DNA of 44,687 bases from NCBI RefSeq assembly GCF_001194135.2, contig NC_068985.1, forward strand, positions 5,965,967 to 6,010,653. Reading direction: 5' to 3'. Below the pieces are notes generated by a model that saw only the letters and a list, made by a program, of their open reading frames with translations, had not been told where the DNA came from and ran no database searches. The stretch comes from Octopus bimaculoides. Its lineage: Eukaryota. Positions 23,422 through 36,452 of the stretch are shown piece by piece (position 1 is the first letter of the stretch; the number at the start of each line of letters is the position of its first letter). The translations under genes were made by a program, and so were the position numbers.

Positions 23422-24115
23422 ATATAGATATAGATTTATATATATNNNNNNNNNNNNNNNNNNNNNNNNNNNNNNNNNNNNNNNNNNNNNNNNNNNNNNN
23501 NNNNNNNNNNNNNNNNNNNNNNNNNNNNNNNNNNNNNNNNNNNNNNNNNNNNNNNNNNNNNNNNNNNNNNNNNNNNNNNNNNNNNNNNNNNNNNNNNNNN
23601 NNNNNNNNNNNNNNNNNNNNNNNNNNNNNNNNNNNNNNNNNNNNNNNNNNNNNNNNNNNNNNNNNNNNNNNNNNNNNNNNNNNNNNNNNNNNNNNNNNNN
23701 NNNNNNNNNNNNNNNNNNNNNNNNNNNNNNNNNNNNNNNNNNNNNNNNNNNNNNNNNNNNNNNNNNNNNNNNNNNNNNNNNNNNNNNNNNNNNNNNNNNN
23801 NNNNNNNNNNNNNNNNNNNNNNNNNNNNNNNNNNNNNNNNNNNNNNNNNNNNNNNNNNNNNNNNNNNNNNNNNNNNNNNNNNNNNNNNNNNNNNNNNNNN
23901 NNNNNNNNNNNNNNNNNNNNNNNNNNNNNNNNNNNNNNNNNNNNNNNNNNNNNNNNNNNNNNNNNNNNNNNNNNNNNNNNNNNNNNNNNNNNNNNNNNNN
24001 NNNNNNNNNNNNNNNNNNNNNNNNNNNNNNNNNNNNNNNNNNNNNNNNNNNNNNNNNNNNNNNNNNNNNNNNNTATATATATATATATGAGAACGACAAG
24101 AGTGGATGAACAACA

Positions 24116-24320
24116 TCGTTAATGAAAGATCGGTCAAAGGGCAATGAGGTTAGTAATTACCGATCCATTACTTGTCTTAACCTCCTATGGAAAGTATTAA
24201 CAGGTACCCTCGCAGGGAAAATATATACGTTCCTTGCGGAAAGAAATCTGCTGCCAGTAGAACAAAAGGGATGACGAAAAAGAACGAAGGGCACCAAGGA
24301 CCACCTTGTGATAGACAGGG
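24116..24320 (+). mobile_element. R4/Dong-like LINE reverse transcriptase N-terminal fragment
   Basis: MKDRSKGNEVSNYRSITCLNLLWKVLTGTLAGKIYTFL..RNLLPVEQKG*RKRTKGTKDHLVIDR corresponds to RT motifs NYRPITCL and EQKGC..GTKDQLLID. Confidence 0.85.
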
Positions 24321-24785
24321 AACGTAGACAAGGTTATAAACTTAATCATGTGTTCATTCTCTACAAACACTTGACAGAAAACATTCAGAGCATTAACTGT
24401 TCGGACATCGTCAGTCAAACGTGTCCGCCTTAAACTTACAGCACCAAACATTATCACTTGATACTAACACACTGACATAGCGGGGAACCTACAAACATTT
24501 CTAAGACCGGTCATGTGACTGTCGTCTACCAATTAAATCCTATTCGAAACATACTAATTTGAATCATGTACTCCCTATAAAAATAAGCCAAGCTTGAAAC
24601 ACTAACCAAATGGGAGACAGCTACAAAATCATCTAGGTGTTTCTATTTGAACTTTTAGAAAACCAGTATAAGCTGGGAAACCGGTTAAAGCTTTAAATAT
24701 ATTTATTAAAAAATATTTTAACTATTCTCAGTGCATTTTGAACTATCTTTTCTATATTTCTACCCGTGTGGAATAAAGCAACTTT

Positions 24786-24861
<76 letters not shown>

Positions 24862-24871
24862 GTGATGAGTA

Positions 24872-25087
24872 AATTCTTTTCTACTCTTGGCACAAGGCCC
24901 TTAATTATTGAGCGAGGGGGCTAAACGATTAGATCGATACCAGTACGCAACTGGTACTTAATTTATCGACCTCGAAAGGATGAAAGGCAAATCGACCTCA
25001 GTGGAATTTGAATTCAGAACGTAAAGACAGATGAAATACCGCTAAGCATTTCACCCGGCGTGCCAACGTTTCTGCCAGTTTACCGCC
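24872..25087 (-). mobile_element. SINE family B, full-length
   Basis: Reverse complement GGCGGTAAACTGGCAGAAACGTTGGCACGCCGGG...GAATTCAAATTCC...TTTCATCCTTTCG...GTACCAGTTGCG...GGGCCTTGTGCC. Confidence 0.9.
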
Positions 25088-25149
25088 TATGTGATGACTA
25101 AATGGTCCCCATGCAATATCTTCAATTTTGAACATGCGCATTTTTTACT

Positions 25150-25618
25150 AGGATCAGCCGGGCACCATCTGTGAGCAACGTAGAACCATGACGCAATTCA
25201 TTCTGCCAGAAATTTGGAAACGACATGGTGTACCGCTTGGCATTTCCACCGGAAGCGCCAATACGAATATGTACCGAGAGTGATAAAAATCAAACATCCA
25301 AACCATCATGGTGTTTGGAGTGATCACAAGTGATGGCGACGTTATGCCACCATTCATCTTCCCACACGGCCTCAGACTAACTGAAGGCAAGGATTATGGC
25401 AGCGTTCACCATCTTAAACAAGGATACCGTCCAGAAGATTTGCAAGATATTCCGAAGTTATCTGGAAGCCGTGGTTGAAACCAATGGCGATTATATTGAA
25501 TAAATTTACTCTTTAGAATTTCAAGATAATTTTATGTAATTTTGGTAAATATATCTTAAAAAGAGTTGTCAGTGTTATTTTCATTTTTGCGTAATTTAAA
25601 CGACAGTTTATTCACCGC

Positions 25619-25620
<2 letters not shown>
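25150..25620 (+). mobile_element. Internally deleted Tc1/mariner (maT-like) transposon remnant
   Basis: IMVFGVITSDGDVMPPFIFPHGLRL is joined directly to RIMAAFTILNKDTVQKICKIFRSYLEAVVETNGDYIE*; the intervening catalytic segment is missing. Confidence 0.75.
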
Positions 25621-25706
<86 letters not shown>

Positions 25707-26922
25707 CGTATAAACATACACAAAAAGTTGCCTATGTCACAGTCTATGTAAGCGTAGGAATACGATCGTTCACCTCAAAGGCTTATTTAATTATTTGATG
25801 TAAGCATTTTCAATAAAATATTAGAAAATTATATTAAGTACTAGTGTGGATATGATCGACTAATATGCCAATATGGCCCGCCATAGCCGAGAGCAGTTTA
25901 TTGACTGAAACCAAGAAATTAATGAAAGACTGCTATATATACAAAAACTTCGTAAGTATAATTATAGAGAATATCTTGCCGAGGCGCAAATTTTACTGAA
26001 ATTATTATATCATATGAAACATACTCTAATGGACAAACTTGTAGTTTAGTAATTTCCAATAAGTTTTCCAGTAATTATATTGTCCCTTCGAATAATGTCT
26101 ATTGTGTATTTCATAATATATTGCAAATAAATAAATTACGAATCAGCATAAAACCTTGACAGTTAGTAAGATATCGAAATGGGTGTTGTGGTTTTTCCAA
26201 GGCGAGTCAGCTGATGTAACGCGAATGCATTAGATCAATCACAATACTAATTCTTAAAGCCGGGAGTGTGTGAGTTTAAGGAAATTTGGATGTTATTTCT
26301 TACACATCAATATAATTATATAATTTTGGTAAATAAATTTCATTGGGTAATCGTTTAGAAAAACTAATTGAGAGTAAAATACGCTAAATTAAATGAAATA
26401 TTGATCAAACGATATAAAGTCATGGTCTATTGTAGAAGCTGATAAGCCGTTAAGAAGCTAATGATTCTTTCGAACTACAGATTTAAAATATATAATTTGC
26501 AAGTGAATTGAAGAGAAAACAGTTGGGTGTTCATTGCTAAGATTCCCCACAAAATCTCACATTTCGTAATGTATCCTTCCCTGATACAGGAAGGATATAT
26601 TACAATATAGTTATTAGATGTTCCGGTAAACAGAAACTGTATAATCAAAGCTGTAAATAACTTTGGCATAGATTTACGCGTTCATAGTAATATGGAAAAT
26701 ATACTGAGATTCTCAAAAGTATATATTATGAGAGATTACTAAATGTGTATTATGTATTGAATGATCTAAGGAATAATTTAATATGCTAATGCAGTAGATT
26801 GTAGAAGAAATAGGTTGAGATTGAGGTTACATAATTTGTGACCGTAGATATGGCTCATATTTACTCAATGTGTGTATATGTTTTAAGTGTGTGTGTGTGG
26901 GGGGGATTATGTATATATATAT

Positions 26923-26978
<56 letters not shown>

Positions 26979-28869
26979 CTACGATTATAATTTTGGAGTG
27001 TTACTTGCAATATACCGACACGTAAGTGACCAACGGTTTTTTCACTCATAACTTCCAGAAAAATCGATATCTTTTAATGAAATTTTCTACAAATATGCTT
27101 CAGATGGTGTATTACATCGACATTTATGGTCAAAACAATACTGCAAAAAAAATTGTGATGTGTGATATTATGGATATGTGCTACTTGTATGCATGCAGAA
27201 ACGAACAGTTTTATCAGAGTGTAACGAAAAAATGTTAGCAAATATTTAAGAAATTTACCTTATTTTGCAACATTTTAGAAGTAATTATTTGAACAGAAAT
27301 AGTTTCTCAAGACATTTGCTCCAAATTCTGTTACCAGGGCAAAATATGGGGTCCTAAAAGAAATGATAGAATATCTATTGTATAGGTCTTTTATTTTTTT
27401 TCATTATTCCGGATCGTTGCCCCAAAAGAATAGCTCAAAGAAAAGAAACAAACTTGTATGTGTTTTATCCAGTATTATTTCCTCCTGAGCTCTTTTTCAG
27501 CTCGAGTTGGCTATATCCTTATATAAAAGTCCAGCTTCAGGTTTTTTATGATATGATTAGATATTGCACCGTCTCTTTAATAATCTGAGGAAAATATATA
27601 CACCATCTTTAAACAAATGATTGAATACTACAACATTATAAGGTGTGCCTGTAATTTGCTGCCATCATCTCAAATGACCACCACCTTTTGCGAAATATCG
27701 GATGGACAGTAACTCTTACAAAGTCTTTGATGGATTCTATCATTCTATCTGTTCTGGAATGCAAGGATTTACCTGCTTCTCATTATAAGTACACGAATTA
27801 TCTTTGGTGGTCTCAGGATTGTATTTCTGATAGGCTCTGCGAAGTATACTGTATGCATTTCACATTTCACGAGGCAATAACAATATATACATCTGTTTCA
27901 TTTTTTTCTATATGTAAAATTGTGACGTGGTTCTAACGAATCACGTGATTATATCTTAAGCCATTATTCTTTTCGCTAAAATGAAGCACATAACACATAG
28001 AAACAGACAATACCCAAGAGTCAAACAATGTTAGAATAGAGCGAATAGAACGTTTAGTTAAAAGCAACTAATTAATTAGGGGCGGAAATATTGCCATATC
28101 CATGTGATGAGGGACTTAACAGCTAACGTGTTGGAAAGCATGAGAATATACGCCATGGATGTTCCATTTGTATGGTCGTTCTATCTGGTAGAAATAGCTA
28201 CTGAATCCCTCGAATTAACATTGTATGTTCAAAAATAAGCAAGGGCCTATTGTAAATTACAGTTGCGAATACACTGCATATACAAACACGAACAGATAAG
28301 CAGTTTGCATCATAAGTTTACTTACAGAGAAGTGGATTGGATCTAAAGATGAAGAACGTCAACTAGTATTTTCATGTATATGTCAAAAATATGACACGTA
28401 AAATATGTCGAAGAGTACAATACGAAGTTAGATACGCCATCGCTCACAGATTGAAAATTTATGCAATCTGGTGTCCAAATGTGCGACGCAGCAATGCAGG
28501 TTCAAAAAAGGAAAATTATTCTCCCGACTTCTGTTCTCTCAATGAAAATCAACGAGAAATAGGAAGTTTTTTTAAAGTACTCTTGAAATTGCTGGTTTTC
28601 ACCCCGTAGTTGATATTTATTTAATATTGTATTTCATAAAAGACATCTTACGTAAATTGAAGTATGTCTTGTAGAAACTGTTTGCTGTTGTATCACAGTA
28701 TATCGAAAATATGATACTAAAGAGTATTAGAGGCATGCGTTCGTCTGTTATAGAAAGAGAACAGATACGACAAAAGTAAACACGTGGAATTTAGTTTAGT
28801 ACAAAAATATTATTATTATTATACGCAAACACCCCTGTTTAACATTATAGAAGTTGGTGCACTCGTTTT

Positions 28870-29520
28870 CCGAAAGTGATTAACTATGTTTGTGATGCAG
28901 AGTATTACCGTTTTTCTTGGAATCCAATGTTTTCTTCCCTTATAGCATTTACTAATAATAGTAGAAATTACCATCGCCAAATGTGTTGTTAGCGCTTTTC
29001 ACTTTCTAAAGATATCTTGCTTTGTAGATTTTGTTTTATTTCTAATGAATATATATTTTTTTCTTAATTTTCTGCAGTTGATTTCTGAAGCTATCTTTAA
29101 TTCTGTTATGTCGCTAATGTCATTTTCTTAATGGCAGGATTTTATTTGTGTTATTCCAGAGATTTGACCTTTCCGTATTGCCTTAATGTAGTATTCCTTT
29201 AGTGTTCCTAAGAATTACCATTTGTTTTCGTTTTCCGTTTAATTTGCTGTATAATTTGATATACTATCTACAGCATTTACTTGAATTTTCTTATATTGGT
29301 TGGCCTTAGTTTTGGTGTTGAATGTCATTATTCTTGCTATTATTTACATCTTTCCGGAATACGACAATTATGTTGGCTACCGTTTCTATTGAAACTATTC
29401 ACAGCTCATACCACGAGTATTTATACTCCTTATGTTCATTGACATCGTACCCACTTACTCCGTCTATTAATGGACAACTACTCTCACTGATTTATATAAA
29501 AATGTCAATGAGTGGTTGTT
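28870..29520 (-). mobile_element. Possible highly decayed R4/Dong-like LINE N-terminal region
   Basis: Broken frame DISDITELKIASEINCRKLRKKYI resembles, from memory, the pre-RT region of R4-type ORFs. It carries many stops. Confidence 0.3.
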
Positions 29521-30899
29521 CGTTTCGCTAAACTACATTCGCCTCTCTATTTCTGTATAGTTGATAAGTTTAGCTGTACTTGAATCTGAAACCTAATCTA
29601 ATTCCGAATATCTAATCTCAAAACTGCACAAATTCTGTATTATTTGGGGCTCGAGTGCACTTGTATGTATGCTATGAAGGCAGGCTTTAAAGGAAATAAG
29701 AATTCCATCAGATTTATAGCTATTTTAGTATCATGAATGTGTTATCAGATATCGAAAAGTATTAGTCATGTAACATGAATGAAAACAAAAATAACATAAA
29801 TGTGAACGCTCGCGTTTGTATTAAACTATTTGCTTTAATACTTATGCATTGTTTTACTCGATAATTCTCGGACAAGTTTTAAAAAATAGATAGGGAAAGA
29901 GAGATGCTGGCGAGGGAGAGAAAATAATGCAAGCGGTAAAACAATGGTATTGAATATACTATAAAATGCATGTAATATACATAAAAATAACTAGCAAAAA
30001 ATAACGGCGGCGAAAAAAAGGGCATTAAGCTTATGATTTGAAAGTCTTTTATTGAAAGGTGTAGAAACATAAACGCGATGTTGAGTATCGAAACAAAAAG
30101 AAATAGTAGAAGTCCAACAAAGAAGCAATTGATATATATNNNNNNNNNNNNNNNNNNNNNNNNNNNNNNNNNNNNNNNNNNNNNNNNNNNNNNNNNNNNN
30201 NNNNNNNNNNNNNNNNTATATATCTTGTCTTTTATAAAAAAACGATAGACACTCTCGATTATTTTATTGATATGCTCAAAAGGTTAGTCGTACTTATGGG
30301 ATATCTGTTATTATACAATATCAAATATCAACTTATATACAAATTTATGCATGGCTTCAGCTATGGTTTTTTTCAATCATAGAGTATGTATGTAAATATA
30401 TATTGTGCACGTAATGTATATATTAGGACGTGCCTATAAACTCCGACAAGTTGTTCTTTATCTATTGATAGCCGTCCCTGTTTTAAATGTTTATATGAAA
30501 GCAATTCTCACATAGCCACCTTCTTTGAAGAGATGTGTGAAGAACATCGTGCTAGAGGCAGAGATTAACGACAGTTTAATAAGCCAATGATAGGTCTTAA
30601 TCTCACTGTTGTCAACGAGTTGCTGTTACCATGTACCATGCAATAGATAATAGTTTTACGTAGCCGTATAGTCGCGGGTAAACAAATATTCTCGATTCAT
30701 CTACACATGATCCAGAGGGAAACCCAGGATATCACACCCGGAAAGGAAGGGAGAAGGACGGAGAGAGAGAAAGAGGGGGAGGGGGAGAGAAAGAGAGAGA
30801 GAGAGATAGTGTGGGGTGGGGGAGAGAAAGAGAGAATGAGGCGGACAAGATGCATTAGCATTCGGGTTTTACTTTATTTAAGAGCCCCCGAAATTTTTG

Positions 30900-31110
30900 T
30901 TTCTAATTTCTGCACAAGTCCTGCAATATAGGGGGAAGGGTCAAGTCAATTATATCGACTTCATTACTCAACTGGTACCTATTTTATCGACGCTGAAAGG
31001 ACGAAAGGCTAAGTCGGCCATGGCAGAATTTGAACTTAGTACATAAATTCAGAGGAAATGCCGCTAAGCATTTTGTCCGGCATGCCAAATATTCTGCAAG
31101 CTCCCCAACT
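30900..31110 (-). mobile_element. SINE family B, decayed
   Basis: AACTGGTACCTATTTTATCGAC..GAAAGGACGAAAGG...GAATTTGAACT...CCGCTAAGCATTTTGTCCGGCATGC. Confidence 0.75.
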
Positions 31111-31129
31111 TACGACCCCGAAATATCGA

Positions 31130-31332
31130 TTTAAAATTTTGGCATAAACTCCAGGAAATTTCGGGGAAGAGACCAATAAATCCACCCCAATGCTGAATTT
31201 GTGCTTATTTCATTGACCCTGAAGATGAAAGGATAATTTGACCACAGCGTAATTTGAACTCAGAACGTAAAGCCAGACCAAATGCTGCTAAGTATTTTGC
31301 CCGACGTGCTAACGATTCTACCAGCGCGCTGC
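31130..31332 (-). mobile_element. SINE family B, decayed, tandem to the previous copy
   Basis: GACCCTGAAGATGAAAGG...AATTTGAACTCAGAACGTAAAG...GCTAAGTATTTTGCCCGACGTGCTAACGATTCT. Confidence 0.75.
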
Positions 31333-32033
31333 TTTAGGCGACCCTACAATATCAACTGCCAAGTTGGCTTAGCTGGAATTTGAATTTCGACAACGAGAAA
31401 CTGAGATATGTAGTCCTAAAAACTGTTCAACGATCTAATGACACTCTCAATTCATTATCTTATCCAACAAAAATACTAGATTTTTCATGTAAACATACAC
31501 AGGAAATGTTATCTCTGATAATCATATAACAAAATCATTACAAAACTAATTTAATACAACTGATTATCATTTATTTAAACAGGCATCCAAATTTGCATTA
31601 TGCTCTGCTATTATTTTCAGAATCACGAAGCATTTAATTCTTTAAACATTGGGGTCACTACACAAGAAACTCAGACCGAACATAATAAATAGTGTCCAGC
31701 AATTCATCGTTAAACCACATTTAATACTGGGTCAACGCTGAACTGATCAGACATAAGATCAAATGCGTTCCTTCCATGAATATCCATTCCTCATTAACCA
31801 AATTATACATCCGGTTTTCTTAAAGGGTCATTCTGTTTGTCTATCTGAATGACAGTGTGTCTGTTTCTTTCCTCTTTCTGTCTCTGAAACCGTGTTGCAT
31901 GGCCTCTTCAAGTTGACCAGATTTCACAGTATGCTCCAATCTAGATATATTACAAAATCATTTTCTCTTATTATTTTTATCCTATCCCACGGTTTTTGAA
32001 CATTTTAAAAACTTTCCTACAAAACAACATTTG

Positions 32034-32716
32034 TATTGGGTCAGCCCATAAATAATGCGTTTTTTACACTTTTATTTTTCAAAATTAATATAAAGTTCTT
32101 GTTTAATCTAAGGTATACTCTCCATTTTCTACATTGCTCTTCCATCTATCTGGTAGACTTGCAAGGCCCCTCTTCCAAAATTCATTTGTCCGTGACGAAA
32201 AATACTCCTCCAGTACTGTTCTAACCTCATCTACAGAATTCATATTCTTTTCTGTGCAAATGATTTTGAAAACTGCGAAAGAAATGATAATCAGATGTGG
32301 CAATGGCCATCGAATATATTGGGTGGGGCATCGTTTCCCATTCAAACTTCTCCTGCCTTTGAAATTTCATCATCGCTGATAGAAGAACACATTCCTGATA
32401 GAAGAACACGTTTCGTCTTGAAACCAAAGATGGTCGCTTTTCGATGCCACGCCGGTGTCGATGAATGGTTGAATGACCAAATCCAAACTTCCCTGCTGGT
32501 TCCTCAACAGTTACGATGTCTCAACCTGCAAACAGCCCAGACCTTGCGCAATCAGATCATCACCTTCTGAGAGCTATGCCTCACTTCCTGATAAGATTAC
32601 TTTTAAACCGGTGAAATGGTTTTAGTGAAGAAGTCAGCTTCTGGTACAACGACAACAGCAGATAATAAAATACGATAAGATATATTTCGATGAATAAACA
32701 AGTAGCACGTGTCACA
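32034..32716 (-). mobile_element. Mariner transposon right end (TIR plus decayed transposase C-terminus)
   Basis: TA|TTGGGTCAGCCCATAAATAATGCG is a mariner-type TIR. Fragments VSRRNVFFYQE, WETMPHPIYSMAIATSDYHFFRSFQNHL and EFWKRGLASLPDRWKSNVENGEY correspond to HxDNA, YSPDLAPSDYHLF and GIxxLPERW motifs. Confidence 0.85.
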
Positions 32717-33208
32717 TGTTTTAAAATATATTGTTATAATTCAAGTAGTTTTAAACATTGTTATATCTGATGCGACGTATATATATATTTGTACTGATTA
32801 TTTCATTCGTCTTCCACTTTTTTACGATTTTCTCCTTTAACTTCTTGAAGGATGATTCTAATATTTGGATAGAGAATAAACTTGTGACACGTGCTACTTG
32901 TTTATTCATCGAAATATATCTTATCGTATTTTATTATCTGCTGTTGTCGTTGTACCAGAAGCTGACTTCTTCACTAAAACCATTTCACCGGTTTAAAAGT
33001 AATCTTATCAGGAAGTGAGGCATAGCTCTCAGAAGGTGATGATCTGATTGCGCAAGGTCTGGGCTGTTTGCAGGTTGAGACATCGTAACTGTTGAGGAAC
33101 CAGCAGGGAAGTTTGGATTTGGTCATTCAACCATTCATCGACACCGGCGTGCCATCGAAAAGCGACCATCTTTGGTTTCAAGACGAAACGTGTTCTTCTA
33201 TCAGGAAT
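32391..33208. repeat. Near-perfect 326-bp inverted repeat (32391-32716 / 32883-33208) with a 166-bp spacer
   Basis: Arms compared by eye; one mismatch found (CGATGCCAC vs CGATGGCAC, which gives FRCH vs FRWH in the two mirrored ORFs). Confidence 0.95.
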
Positions 33209-33400
33209 ATGTGGGCGGTATTCGATGTAATTATCGATTATTGAATCATTCGTCATGAAGTACAAATAGAATTTGTTTACTCTTTGTTATTTTAAGCTAC
33301 ACACAAACACATACACACGAACACACATACACACGCCCACACACACAGACATGCACACACAAACATGCACACACAAACATGCACACACAAACACACACAT

Positions 33401-33755
33401 TTGACGCGGCCATGCTGGAGCACTGCCTTTAGACGAGCAAACGAACGCCAGGACTTATTCTTGTAAGCCTAGTACTTATTCTATCGGTCTCTTGTACCGA
33501 AACGCTAATTTCCGGGGACGTAAACACACCAACATAGGTTCTCGAGCGATGTTGGGGGGAAAACACAGTCGCACAAATACACACACACATTATATATATA
33601 TATATATACACACACGACGGTCTTCCAAATCCACTAACAAAGGTTTGGTCGGCCCGAGGCTATAGTAGGAGGCACTTATCCAAAGCGGCGCGCCATGGGA
33701 CTGAACCCAGAACCATGTGGTTGGTAAGCAAGGTACTTACCACACAACCACTCCC
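33401..33755 (-). mobile_element. SINE family A, full-length
   Basis: Reverse complement GGAGTGGTTGTGTGGTAAG (A-box-like), GGGTTCAGTCCC (B-box-like), body, (TA)(TG) tract, and tail GCAGTGCTCCAGCATGGCCGCG. Confidence 0.9.
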
Positions 33756-33787
33756 ATATACTCTCTCTCTCACACACACACATATCG

Positions 33788-33866
<79 letters not shown>

Positions 33867-34149
33867 CACACATGAATACATATATGTAGTTCGAATTGGA
33901 GGATTCTGTTTTTAGATGAAATAAAGAAACTTCTAATTTATTTATGATGTACTGATAATGCTAACAAAATTCTCAACGCCAACGCAGTGCAACGATTAAC
34001 AATGGTAAATCTAACTACTGTGTAGTTTCACTTCTGCCACACTTTTTACGTCGCTCTCTGACTATAGAAAATAACGCTTCTCCTTTCTTTTTCCAATCAA
34101 ACTTTTAATACACACATCCTACTCATATATGTAAATATGTATGTAAGTC

Positions 34150-34596
34150 TCTTCTGTTTTTTAATTATTATGAATCTGCTACAGAGGAGGGAGCCGGTTT
34201 CGAACAAAGATACAAGGTTACATCTTTGGCATGTAGTTAACACAGACAAATTCACGTTTGGAACTTGAGAAAAATCTTGTATATTTTTACTGTTCCACTG
34301 GTAATGTACGAATTAGCCGGTCAGTTTCTCTTTCTGAAAATCCCACGTTTATCCAGATTCTCCTTTAAACATTTTTTAACAAAACCTAGTGTTCCAATAA
34401 TTATTGGTATGAATATGAATTCATAGACTGGATATAGAAGGTGGAGGTTTCGAAGCATCTGTCCATAGGCATCCTCTTTTTCTTTGAACTTCAAAGAGAT
34501 ATTCATATCTGCAGGGCAGCTGACCTCTATTATGGCAGACCTTTGCCCCTCTGTCCCAAACGACAATATCCGGCCTTTTAAATTTACGTATGACAA
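34150..34596 (-). mobile_element. 5'-truncated RLE-type (R4/Dong-like) LINE: restriction-like endonuclease domain and 3' UTR
   Basis: KRPDIVVWDR (frameshift) IIEVSCPADMNISLKFKEKEDAYGQMLRNLHLLYP..FIFIPIIIGTLGFV contains the RLE PD..E motif. Confidence 0.85.
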
Positions 34597-34599
34597 AAG

Positions 34600-34645
34600 T
34601 TATAGGGTTAGGGCTAGGATTAGAGTTAAGGTTGTAGAGTTAAAT
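34600..34645 (+). repeat. Degenerate telomere-like (TTAGGG)n tract
   Basis: TTATAGGG TTAGGG CTAGGA TTAGAG TTAAGG TTGTAGAG TTAAAT. Confidence 0.55.
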
Positions 34646-34711
34646 GTGTACTAGTGTATATATGTATGCGTGCATGTATGTGTGTATATATAAACATATA
34701 ATTATTTTCAG

Positions 34712-34773
34712 GATTCAATAGAATCGAGGTATTTTAGTAACAATGACTCGAAAGAGATGATGTTAAAACTTAG
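34712..34773 (+). other. Candidate internal coding exon (DSIESRYFSNNDSKEMMLKL), unverified
   Basis: Consensus acceptor ATTATTTTCAG|G and donor AG|GTAAGT; 62 nt with only one open frame. Confidence 0.3.
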
Positions 34774-34931
34774 GTAAGTTATGTTTTATTAAGCACAACT
34801 AGCCCGGTATAACTTTGTTTGATACCTCCTTGTAGTTACACGCAGAGCATATCAAACACTCACACCCTCGCCTCAAAACGCCTCATATACATGTGTATAT
34901 CCGCGCGTTCGTTTGTGTGAGTGTGCATGTA

Positions 34932-34974
<43 letters not shown>

Positions 34975-35738
34975 TATGGAACATGAGACATGATGGTAAA
35001 AATCTTTTCTGGAAGATTATAAACTAAGAACATGAATTGATGTTAAATTTGATCTGATCATTTGTCAGAATTTCTACGTATTCTGCCATCCATAGTACGT
35101 AATTTCCCGGTGACAAAACAGATTTGGTTTCATTTAAAACAGATCTTAAAGAAATGAATACAAATAATGTTCGGTCTTTTTCCTCTTCCTACATATCGCC
35201 TTAGCATAAAACTACTGTTGATGTTTTAACTATTTGACCTGCTATACGTTTTGATGTAGGGTTCACCAAATGAAGTTGATACGATAACACAAGTGATAAG
35301 TATATAACCTCTTTCGATATTATAGAGAAATCAAATCTAACGTTATCAGTACAAACCTCCATTCGGAAAAGTAAGTTAAGAAATACCTAAACGCATTTTG
35401 CACGCAGATTAGAGATCGTCGCAGTTTAACAGGATTGCATTAGTGTGTATTTAGGTCATACATACAAAGGGCTTGCATGTAAAAGTTCATGGAGTACAGA
35501 TTAACTAAAGTCGCTTAAATAGTGTCGATTATATCAACACCAGTAATTGTATTAGTATCAGGTTTATGGAAGGTTGAATGATAAAATCGATGTTGGATGT
35601 TTCAACATGAGTATTAACGAAATAGCAGCATCATTCGGAAATTGCAGGAAAGAAATATTTGCCTGAACTTTGATTGTATCTTTTTGACTTTTAATTACGT
35701 TTTCAGTTCACACTCCATCATAAATTTAATGAGTTATA

Positions 35739-35740
<2 letters not shown>

Positions 35741-35769
<29 letters not shown>

Positions 35770-35775
35770 CAAAAA
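35741..35775. repeat. (AAAAC)n pentanucleotide microsatellite
   Basis: Seen directly. Confidence 0.9.
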
Positions 35776-36452
35776 GCAAAATTAAAATTATTTCATTTTT
35801 CAACAAATATTTATAAATTGTGCCTGTTTAATATTGTATTAAATTAAAATTGTGGTTAATTTGTTGATACTTGTTTATCGAATTGCATGTATATGTATAT
35901 ACACCGAGAATGGTTTAATTATCTATCTGTGTCAGAATTATCTGAAAAATAATTTGTCAGGGATTTTATTCTGTGAGTTGTGAATAATAAATCGAAAAAT
36001 GATTGGTTGTTATATGACATGAAGCGTAATAGTTACCTTGTTTAAACATTGGTAGCAGCAATCGAATGCTTGCATTAGTTTAGTTTACTTAAAAGGTTGA
36101 TTTTGAATAATCACCTTGAAGCCGTTACAAGAAACTTTAGTGCGCATGTGCTCATATATAATGATCTAGTCGAATATTAGATGATATCCCTCCTTAGAGG
36201 ATATGAAATTAACCTGACGTGAACTGTAGCAGTAAAGATATCGTATAAATAAAGCTTCCAGATTAATATTCAAACCCGCAAATCGCTACAGTGATAATCA
36301 AGTATATCAGGTCTATCATCGAATATGTCTTATTAATCAAATTGCTAAAGCAACAATCGGACTGCATGCCATTTCTTATTATACAATATTAAGAAAAATA
36401 TGAACAATCTATGTAGATTTTAACCCTGAATATAACCTTTGTTGCTTCCAAG

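Noticed and set aside
749-24144. Long ORFs in the supplied track with YIYI, CVCV, HTHT or X runs
   Set aside because: These are translations of (TA)n, (TG)n and (CA)n microsatellites and N-gaps, not proteins.
24330-24457. Minus-strand IMFGAVSL...TVNA peptide resembling a Tc1 transposase
   Set aside because: Similarity is too short and weak, with no TIR or catalytic motif.
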